A DNA stretch of 64,000 bases from Camelus dromedarius (lineage: Eukaryota), in NCBI RefSeq assembly GCF_036321535.1, contig NC_087442.1:5146001-5210000 (forward strand), given 5' to 3'. The translations under genes and the position numbers were made by a program. Positions 1-10,406 of this stretch are shown piece after piece. Numbering within the stretch: the first letter of the stretch is position 1; each line of letters opens with the position of its first letter. Below the pieces are notes generated by a model. The model was given only the letters and a program-made list of their open reading frames with translations, had not been told where the DNA came from and did no database searches.

Positions 1-267
1 GTCGCGCTGGCTGGCGCCGGGCGTGGGGCCGAGCTCCCATCTTCTCCATGCAGCGAGCCTGGCGCAGCGCGTCCAGCCGGGCCGGGTCCCCGGCAGCCCC
101 CAGCCGCGGGCTCCGGTGTTCCTAGCCTTCCCTGGGGGTGGGGGTTAGTTACAAAGGTTCCTGTGGGTCTCTGGAGTGGGGAGCACGGCGGCCGCTTCTC
201 ATCTGAGAGCAGTCCCAGGGCCCGGCCCGCCTCCGACCCCGCACAGGGGGTATGTCCAGAGGTGCTG

Positions 268-440
268 NNNNNNNNNNNNNNNNNNNNNNNNNNNNNNNNN
301 NNNNNNNNNNNNNNNNNNNNNNNNNNNNNNNNNNNNNNNNNNNNNNNNNNNNNNNNNNNNNNNNNNNNNNNNNNNNNNNNNNNNNNNNNNNNNNNNNNNN
401 NNNNNNNNNNNNNNNNNNNNNNNGGCAGAGACCCAGGTGC
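268..440 (-). CDS. AGAP3: Probable alternative terminal exon of the short AGAP3 isoform (CRAG-type), mostly hidden in an N-run
   Basis: Lies about 2.4 kb downstream of exon 8, follows a long pyrimidine tract on the minus strand, and is masked like the other conserved exons. The short isoform that ends after exon 8 is recalled knowledge; its coding bases are not visible here. Confidence 0.45.
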
Positions 441-462
441 CTGGGGAGAGGCGGCAGCGGGA

Positions 463-545
463 TGAAGAGGAGGAGGAGGAGGTGGTGGAGGAGGAGGAGG
501 CGGAGGCGGAGGCGGCGGCGGTGGCAGTGGCAGTGGCAGTGGCGG
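463..545 (+). repeat. Compound simple repeat (GAG)n/(GCG)n/(GTGGCA)n
   Basis: gaagaggaggaggaggaggtggtggaggaggaggaggcggaggcggaggcggcggcggtggcagtggcagtggcagtggc is read directly. Confidence 0.9.
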
Positions 546-2779
546 GCCGGTCAGTCCATCTCAGTGGGGACTGTTCTCCACTCTGAGCCCCACTTCCCTC
601 CTGTTCTCCCAGGCTGCCAGGAGCCATGGGCACAGGGAAGAGGCAAAGGACTGCAGCTGCAGCGCGGGGGGAGCACAGTCAAGGGAGCAGGGAGAGCCGG
701 GCTGAGGGCCGCCGCCAGCAGCTCCACTGTCAGCACCTGCCCCGGGCCTCTCCTTGGCGCCACAGCCTCTGCCCCTTCGGCCCAGGGAGCAGAAAGGTGG
801 ATGGGCCTGCTGCCACCGGGTCCCCAGACAGAAGAGCTGGTCGTGGGGAGTGGGGTGCAGCCTGTCCCAGCCAGGCTGGTGAGCAGAGAGGCTCCAACCA
901 CCAGAGGATCCCTGGGAGCCCCAAGGGGCACCCCCCCGGACGGGAACCAGGGCAAGAGTGGCAACAAAACGAGTACATGACGTCATGGGGGAGTGGGGAC
1001 GCCAGCAGCCACGTCCAGCAGGAGAGTCACAAGGGCACCAGCCACAGAACGGGCGTGGCTCTGCTGGGGAGGACGATGAGGGCGAGGGGGTGGCCCCAGC
1101 AGCGACGATGAGAAAGGGAGGTCCTGAGATGCACCTCTAGAGACGGACATGTCTTGAGGCTGCCTCGGGGACAATGGCGCAAGTGAGGTCACCATGGAAA
1201 CAATGGAAAGAAAAAATAAGGTCGCCACAGTGACGATGGAGAGAATGAAAAGGCCCGGAGGGACGGCTGCGCCGAGGACGCGGCGGGGCGGGCAGGCGAA
1301 GGGAGCACGGTGGAGCAGGCAGCAGAGCACAGGGTGGGGAGCACAAAGATGCCGGCGAGGAGGCTGTGGGCCGGGCACCGGCGGCGGAGGGAGGAGAGCG
1401 TGCCCTGGGGTGTTGCAGGACTAGCAGCAGAGGAAGGTGGGAGGTGAACGATGGGGTGGAGGAAGCGGGTGACTAAGGCAGAATGTCAGGGAGCAGGTGC
1501 CAACGGCATGGACGGCGGTCACCGCAGACATAGGCCCACGGGCTCTACAGCGTCAGCAGCAGCAGCAGGAGGTGTGGGCACAAGCAAGCAGCCCAGGGCA
1601 CTGTGTCTCAGTGGGTGTGAACAGAAGCGAGGAGCTGTGAGTCCAGGCAGGGGCGTGGGGGGTGGGGGGACACACAGCACAGCTGTCAGCAGGAAGAGGG
1701 TCAGTCAGCGTGTACGGGACAGGGAGGGAGCGCGGCAGGCACAGGGTGGACAGAGGCAGGCAGACTGGGCAGGGATGTGCTGGGCGGGCGGAGGCGAGAA
1801 TGAATGAGCGAGGCCTGGGGAGCACTGGCTCTGTCTGGGTAGGGTTCCTGAGAGCCTGGCTGGGGCCTGACCTGGTGGGCTGGACACAGGGCTGGGTTGA
1901 CAGCCAAGCCCTGACGCTCAGAAAGAGGCCCATGGAGTGACGCAGAAGGACAGGGCAAGCTCCTGGGAGTCCATCCGGGCAGCTCACCCACCTGCGTCTG
2001 ACCCAAGACTCCCGGAATGGTCCAGCCAAGTCCCAGCTGGAGAGTGAGTATTGGGGGATGGGTACTGCGTGTCAGATGCTGCGTGTGGAGAGACAGCAGG
2101 CTCGGGACACCTAAGAGCTGATGGGCTGGGCCCCTCGCAGCAGAAGGCACCTGGGACCCTGGGGATGAGGTCTGTTGGAGGGGGAGACAGAGGAGGAGCC
2201 TGTGGGGGGACAGGCAGGGACTCAGGAGATGGCGGCCTTCAGAAAGACACTTAAGACTTTGTGAGGGTGACTGCAGGAGCAGGTGGGACAGGTGGGAGAT
2301 GGAAAGAACAGGCACTTGGACCAGGAAGCCTGGGCCCTGTCCTAGCTCTGCCAGCTAATGCTTTGTGCAGCCTTGGGCAAACAACCTTTGGGCCTTGGTT
2401 CACAACTGCGGAATCAAAGGGGTTGCAGAGTTAAAGCAGATGCGTCCAAAGATCCCTCAAGCTGGCCAGGAAGCCCTAAGGGGTCAGGTAGGAGGGTGAG
2501 AGTGTGCAGCCAGGAGAAGGGTCTGTGTGGATATGCTGAGGGCAGCCCTCTGGGCTCAGAGGAACCATCTGGAAGAGTCTGGGTGCAGACAGCAGCACCA
2601 GCAAGGAGCCGACGGAGGCGGCGCGTGTCTGCGTGGATGGAGACGGCAGGTGGCATCACTCTGACTTGGGGCTGCAGGCGCTCTTGCCTGCTCCCTCCTG
2701 GCCAGGGGCCGGGGGCTGGGGGCTCAGCCCTGCCTGTTCGGTGAAGGCCACCGGGCAGGCGGGAGGGGCGGGCACGTAC

Positions 2780-5700
2780 CGTGAAGATGTTGGAACGCCG
2801 CTTNNNNNNNNNNNNNNNNNNNNNNNNNNNNNNNNNNNNNNNNNNNNNNNNNNNNNNNNNNNNNNNNNNNNNNNNNNNNNNNNNNNNNNNNNNNNNNNNN
2901 NNNNNNNNNNNNNNNNNNNNNNNNNNNNNNNNNNNGGCCTAAGGACAGAGAGGGCTGCTGAGGGTGGCTCTGGGTGGGGCTCAGGGGAGGGCGGCAGGTG
3001 GGAGTTGGGAATCCTGCGGTCCGGAGACCTGGCCTGGGGCTCACGGGGCAGCAGAGGGACCACCAGCTCCTAAGGATGGTGCCAAGGACAAAGGTAGCAT
3101 GGCCTGGAGGCCAGCAGGAGCCAGGCATCACCACGCCAGGCTGCCCGACTAGGGCCCCAGCAGAGGCCACTCTGTGCCAATCAGGGAGCAGAATCAGAGG
3201 CAATGACTAGCAGGTTGGAGTCAGTGACAGAGGCTGGAAGAGAACAAACTGTGGAGTCTGGCTCACAGGGGTGTGACATGAGGTGACAGATCACCCCGGA
3301 TGAGCTGAGTCGGTGACAGGTATCAAGGAGGCCAGGAAAGCTTGGGGAGCAGGGGGAGGATGAGGCTTACTTCTAGGCAGTGTGTGTGATAGGGTGAGGG
3401 ACACAGGGGTCCCGAGGGAGAGAGCAGAACCCCTAAGACTGCCACCAGAGGAAGAGGAGATCAGGGAGCGAGATGGCAAAGGACCGTTGGATGCAGACAG
3501 CGAGCGCACGGCAGTGTCTACTCCCGACTCTCAAAATACGGACAGCATAACAAGGCCTGCCCCATTAGGTGATCACTAAGTAGGATCGGCCCTGCCCTAG
3601 CAGCCTCCTCAAATCCCAACCTGGACAAAAAGAGCAAGACACCTGAGCCGCCGCCCCTCGACAGTCAGGATCCCCGCAGGCAGGGCCCACATGCACCGCT
3701 GAAGTCCGCAGCCAAGGCGGAGTTGCACAGAGACAGTGAAGAAAGACCTATCGTTCCTCTTTTCTTCCACGTGGGAATGCTCACAAGGGAATCCCTGATG
3801 CGTTCTAAAGCGCTAAAGGGAGGGCTCTCCAGCAAAGCCCTAGGCTGTCATCAGGAAGCTGGGGGGCTGGGGGGACCTTGGAAAGACAACAGCCCTTGGC
3901 AGAAGTAAAAGAGAGGCTGTCAGCCTGACCACTCTATCACGCACATCTGTGAAGGCCCAGGGCTCTCCGCAGAGCAGGGGACCGAGGGCGCGGATGCAGC
4001 TACGGGAGCAACAAACAGCCACGCAGTAGGCCCAGGACGTAGGCAGGTGTCCACATGGTATGACGGGAGGAACACTGGCGGGGCCTGACCCAGAACACCC
4101 CACTGCCTCACACCATGGGTCCTTGTGGGGTAAGCACTGCCCTTCTAAATGCAAACACTGAGAGAAGGGCCAGCAGGTGAGGAGGGGGGTGGGCCTGCAA
4201 CGGTCTGCCCAGGGCTGGCCCCCGGCAGGCCTCCAGGAACTCCGCCATGCCTCCGGAGTACGGCTCCACGGAAGCGGGTACTGAGGCTGCTCTAACGTGC
4301 CTGACCAGAGCGGATGTGTGGGCTGCCTGAGCTCACAGGGCTGCAGGGTGAGAATGGCGTTGAGCAGGGATGGGAAACTAGCAGGAAGGCGGTCACCACG
4401 GGGTACAGATGAGGCCAGGCCAGGCCAGTCGTGCAGGCTAAGGGAACTTGAGCCAGTGCTTTCAAACCATCTGCAAGGCGGGAGACCAGACGAGGTGGGG
4501 ACACGCAGGCAGACAAACAGTATGGAGAGGCAGGGCCGCAGCGGGCGGGGCGAGCGTTTGGTGGGAGGCGGGGAGGCTGGCCGCACCTGGTTGATGTGCA
4601 CGGCCGGGATGGAGGCGGCGGACACTGCCGAGTGGCTGGGGGAGTTGGGCAGTGACTTGCAGGGCCCGATGGCCAGCTGCTGCTTCTTCCGCAAGGCCAC
4701 TACCTTCTGGGCCACTGCAGGGGACAGCAGAGTCAATTACCCCTCTGGGGAGAAGGGAGAAGCCCAGCTCAGAGCCGCCCCCCCCGGAGCCTGCCTGACC
4801 CCCACTCTGGGGGAGCTGTCCCGGGCGACGAGTTACCGTCCTGGAAGACGCGCTCCACGTTGAGTCCGTAAGTGGCGCACGTCTCATAGTAGGTGCAGCG
4901 CTTCAAGTCTGTGGACAGCTTGCGGGCCCTGCTGTCGTCAATAACCCGCGGGTTCGCGGCACTGATGGCGTCTGTTGGAGGCAGGAGGGCGGGGATTGAC
5001 TCAGTTGGCTGAGAAGCTGGGGCCGTAGAGGGGGACAGCCATTTGGTCAGAGGGTGGGTGGGCGGGCAAAGAGCCCAGGCAACGGACGACACGGAGCACG
5101 AGAATACGGGTGTCTGGGCCGCAGTCCAGCTCTGCCACCGACTCACTGAGTGGAAACGAGCCAGCCACTATGTTTATTCATCTCCAAAAACGTGGACTCG
5201 ACCATCATACGAATGGCAGGATCTAGCTGGGGAGGACCCAGAGGGTATGGAGCAGGGAGGAGGTGCCCATTCTGGGGTGATGCGAAAGGGCTGGTTCAGC
5301 GTCCGGAGGGGCTGAGAAGCTGGGCTTCCTCACACCTGCCCACCTGGGGACCCAGAGCCCCCACGACCCCCTGCAGGCCCGCTCACCCTGTGTGCCCACC
5401 AGCACCATGGGCACCTCGCTGGCGTTGCGGAAGCTGCAGAGCCGCAGGAAGTAGTTATACACCGTCTGGAAGCTGATTTCATCCTCCAGGCTGAACACAA
5501 ATACCACCGCGTCCACCCAGGCAGCAAACTAGGAGGGACCGAGCAGAATTACCACGCTCACCTGGTTCATGGGCCAACTTCGTACCCCTCTCCCCACACA
5601 GGCAACCTGGCCCAGTCCAAACTGAGAACCTCGAGAAAGGGGTGCCACGGGCCAGAGCTGGGGCAGGAGCATCACCTGGAGCTCAGGGGGGCCTCCTTCA

Positions 5701-8700
5701 TCTCGGATCAGCAGCAGGTAACTCTGGCCATCCACCACAATCTCCTTCTTAAACCGACCCCCTAGGACAGAGTGCATGGTCAGGCCCAGAACCAGAAGAA
5801 AGAGCCCACGGGGGCCAAACAGCTTCCAACGGAGGAGACAGGAGGACTGAGAAAGACCAGGGACTGGAGCCCCCTGCACAGACAGGGGGAAGGAGACAGG
5901 GGCAGAGCACAGCCTCAGAGCCCAGGCCGACCCGCAACGCTCACCTTCAGGGGACTCCTCCTGCACATAGGTCCCCGTCAGATAGCGGTGCACCAGGGCC
6001 GACTTGCCACTAGACAGGTTCCCCACAATGCCCTGCACGAGAGGAAGACGTGAGAGCAGTGGTCAGAGGGCAGGAGGGAGGACACGGGGCAGGAGAGGCG
6101 AATGTATTAGGAGGGAGAAGGGCCAGCGCCGAGGGTGCACGGGAAAGAAACTGGGAAGCAGGGGGCCACAGAGAGAAGCCAAGCTTCCAGAAGGAGGGGA
6201 CTGGAAGCAGGGGAAACAACGCCGGCCCACCACTCCAGCCCGCATCCCGCCCCTGGCCCTCGGGCTGCCTGGGCCTCCCATGGGCCTCACTCACCACTTT
6301 AAGCTCCGGCACAGAACGGCTCAGGGTCCATTCCTGGCTGTTCACAAAGGAGTCTGCGGGAGAGAAGGCCGCCCGTCAGGACTGGGAAGACACACACACC
6401 TCTGCTATCCACCACCAGTGGCCTCCTGCACTGCCTCTCCTTAGGCCAAGGCCAGAAAACAACCCTCACCCCTGGCTCCCTAGGGAGCAGCAGGAAATGC
6501 AGGGATGTGGCAGCAGGGATGACAGTTCTCAGTCACCCTGGCCTGGACCTGGGTCCCTCCTCTTACTGCTCCAGCAAGGTGAGCAGTTCCCACCTTGAGC
6601 CACACCCAGCCTGGTGCCCCCAGCCTGGTGACAGGCCACTCCAGTAGGTCTCAGCCAGACCCAAGCTGGGCTAAGGGGCAGCCTCTGCAGCGAGTAGGAA
6701 CAGCTCACTCTCGCAGGGTTGGGCCACCCACCACATTCCTGGCCGGGTGAAGAGGGAGGAGCCCTTACCTGGCCCTGTTCCGTGAGAGGCAGGTCCAACA
6801 GGGAGCTACCTACCCTGCCCGCCCCGCCCCGACTGGCCCTTCTCCCCAGGCTCCTCTTGGCAGGAGGCCACCACTCTTCCTTTCCCATAGACCCGCCTCC
6901 GGGGAGCCTCCCTTCCAATCCATCCTCAGCTCCTGCCTGACTCGAGCTACCCAGGGCCCTGGGCGGCCGGCCCCGCTCTTTGTTATCCCCTAGGTTGTAA
7001 TGGACATCCTCCAGCCAGCTCCAGGTGGCTGGGCTTGCTCCCCCTCCCCAGGCTGTCTCAAAGAGTAGTTACGACGGTCGGGTCCACAAGCAATCCTGAA
7101 ACTCATCTGCAAAGGCAGTTAGACGTGAGGGCTTAAGCCCCACCTGGGAGCTAGAAATGCTGGGTTCTAGTCCCACCTAGAGCCACCTGGTTCAGAGTGA
7201 GTCTCCATCCTTCCCCACCCCAATTCCTCCTGTGCCAGAAGTGAGAAAGGGGCCCCTGCAACCTGGCCTTATTCCACCATGTTAGGGCCAGTGCGAGAGA
7301 GCACCGAGCAGCGGGCTGCCCTGCCTGGACACACTTGGAAGTCCTCTGCCACGGCCAAGTTCTCCAGACTCCCCAGCGACCCAAGAGCTGCCTGCGCTGA
7401 TCTCACTTGGCCAGCCCCGGCTAGCCCCTGGCCCGCACGGCACGCCCACCTCTCGCAGGTAGGTTCCCGGTTTGTTCCCCACCCGCTCTCAACCCCGGAC
7501 TCCAACCAGAGAGGACACAGGCCGGGCTCTCCCTCTTACCGCTCGGCGCGCCCAGGAGCCCGGGGGCCGCCGCTGCCCGGCGGCTCCACAGCGGCTCGGC
7601 GGGCGCGGGCGCGGGCGCAGGCTCCCTCCGGCGGAAGCGGCTGGTGAGCAGCCTCCAGAGGCTGGCGGCGGTGCGGGGGCGGCCGGGCTCGGGCCCGGTG
7701 CGAGGGGTCTCGGCGCCCAAAAGCAGGTCGCGGCGGCTGGGGAAGGCGCCCAGGGAGCTGGCGTCGCCGTCGCTGCGGGTGCGCGCCCGGGGCAGCAGCC
7801 CCGACTCGGCGCGCCGGATCTCCTGGCCGCGGCGCAGGCGGAAGCTGAAGCTCTTCCTCAGCGCCGACAGGCCGCGCCGGGGGCCCGGGGCCCCGCGTCC
7901 GCCGCCGCCGCCTCCACGCAGCACCTGCCAGCGCTGGCTGCTCCACAGCGAGGCGCCCCGCAGGAAGCCCGCGCTGCCCGCACGGCCCAGCCCCGCGCCC
8001 GCGCCCTCGGCCTCGGCCGCCAGTTCCAGGCGGTTCACCTCCAAGAACGTCATGCTGGTGGGCCGCGGCGCCTGGCTCCCTCGGAGCCGGCTGCGCCGGG
8101 CCGGCGCGGGGCTGGCCGCGGGACTGGGCGCCGGGCTGGGCGCGGCCGAGCCAGGGCGCCCTGAGGGCGCGGGCCCGGGAGCCGGCGGGCGGCCGTCGCT
8201 GGCGCCGCGGCGGCCGAGGCGCGGGCGCAGAAGGCCAAGCAGCAGGCTGCGTGCGCCGGCGGGCGGCGGCCCCGGGCCGCCCGAGCACACGCTCCGCGGC
8301 CGCGCCGGCTGCTCCTGCGCGGCGCACAGGGCGGCCTGCAGGGCGGAGGCGGCGCGGCCGGCCGGGGGGCCGTGCAGGTCCAGCGAGTCGCAGACGCTGA
8401 GGGCGCGGCGGCAGGCGGCGGGCCGCTCCCGGCTGCAGCTGTCCCCCGGCGGCCAGCCCCGCTCCATGCTCAGGGCCCGCGGGCGAGGGACAGGCCCATG
8501 GCGAGGGGTGCGGGGCTGGGCCCGGGCCGGGGCCGCGGCCGGAGCGCACGGACCTCCGGCCTCTGGGCACCTGGTGTCGGCCAACCGAGTCCCTCAACGC
8601 CTCCACCTCGCAGCCGGCAAGCCCAGACCTGGAGAGGCCGGGAGCCAGCCCAGCACCGAGAGAGGCGGCAAGCCTGGCCTGGAACACCCAGGAACGGCGG

Positions 8701-10336
8701 CGGCAGGGGAGCCAGCCTGCTGGGGCAGCCCCCGAGCCCTCAGAAAACAGGAAATTCCAGCCCAGGGCTCCTCCTCGGTTGGGGCAGGTAGGTGAGGAGC
8801 TGTCATTAAGAGCAGGCGAAATAAATAACAGTCCTCAACACACCACACACTGGGCTCCGTTTTGGAGAGAAGCGGCCCATTAGCTCTTTCTCCAGGGAAG
8901 AACCAGAAGGGGATCCACCAGGGTCGAAATCAGTGAAAAAAAAAAAAAAAAGCCTAAACCATGAGTCAGGAGGCAAGTCATGTGCTGATTCTGGGCCTCA
9001 GTCTCCTTATCTGTAAAACAGGAAGCCTGAATGAGGCGATCCTGTCTTAGCTTTTGGCTCAGACATTCTGGGGTCGATAAACTTGCAAATCCGAGGTGCT
9101 GGATGTTTCACTCAGCTCTTCTGTTAATGACCAAGGCTGTCTTCTTCTCTGGAGATTATAAAATCATCCGGACTAGGTTAAGTGTTGTCCTGCCCCAGGG
9201 CAGCGGAAAATCGAAAGATAGCTTCTGGACCTGAACCGTACAGTTCTGGTCGAGTGACTCACTTCTGAGTCCCTGAAGTCTCCAGTCTCCTCCAGCACAC
9301 TGGTTCTCACCTCCTGTCCAGAGGCGTCCAGAGGTCGGCTGGCCAAACAGAGGTGAAGCTTCAGACTGCTGTACTGGTTGGCCTGATGATCATTCCAAGC
9401 CCTTTGAATTTCATGACTGTGGGCTGCACCAGACACTCATTAAATGCAGGGCTCACCCCAGGACGGGGACAGGGGGGTGGGTGTTTGCCGTGCTGTGCTC
9501 TCCACTGCATTTTAAACATCAGTCCTCTCCGGAGGCCCTGGAGCCCAGCCAATTTACCATAATCCACAAGGACTACACGCAGATCAGGAGAAACCAGTTT
9601 AGGTAGTGGCGAGAAAGAGGGGGCTTGCATTTCCTCTAAAGACGTAACACTCCCAGGTTTCCACCCGCAGTCCAACCCAACTCCAATGTCCCTGTCCCTC
9701 TCAGCTGTAGAATTCCACGGTCCTGGTCAGAAGCAAAGTACAAGATAAAAGCGGCACATTCCTGAGGGGGCTGGGGTAGGGGAATGCCTGAAGAAGGCAG
9801 GGCCTCTCCATCCTAGGTGTTCCCATGGAACGCAGGGCTGGAAACTCCCAAGTCCCGGGCTGGATCTCCTGGGCCTGGAGAGGCCCCGGGGGTGATTTTG
9901 AATTTTCCTGGGACTAGTTATTAACAGTGATGAGGATGGCTTCCTCCTCTCCAGGATGTGTATTTCCCATATAATAGATGGTTCTGCAGAAAAGCCTTTC
10001 CCAGGGTCCTTCAGGCGTGGAGACAAGAATGCAACCCAGGACTCCTGACTCACATTCTCAAGTTTAAGTCTCCCACACTCAACTTCCCTATCTTCATATC
10101 TGTCTGTCTGTCCTCCCTCACACCCCCTCCCCTGAAGAGTCAAGCTGCTCATTCCAAACCTTCCCTCCCAGCCAATGAAAATGCAAGCACAGGACAGCAG
10201 CTATCAGAGATGTGTGGGGACAGAGGAGGGACAAGGTACAAGGTGCCCAACAGAGAATGGGCTGCTTTAGAACCCAACTGGCTACCTCAGGGGGAGAGGA
10301 GCAGGATGGGACAGGAGAGAAAAAGGTCCCCAGTTA

Positions 10337-10406
<70 letters not shown>

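Noticed and set aside
163-980. Poly-Glu, poly-Arg and poly-Ser/Ala ORFs
   Set aside because: All are frame readings of the same simple repeat and span an N-run; no splice support.
3382-3908. Coding-looking stretch in AGAP3 intron 7
   Set aside because: Only short ORFs of 61-65 aa, no recognisable homology and no convincing splice sites. It might be a decayed repeat but I cannot assign it.
7536-8795. Two extra 383-aa ORFs (7644-8795 plus, 7536-8687 minus)
   Set aside because: Alternate-frame and antisense shadows of the very GC-rich alternative AGAP3 exon, where stop codons are scarce; no recognisable domains.
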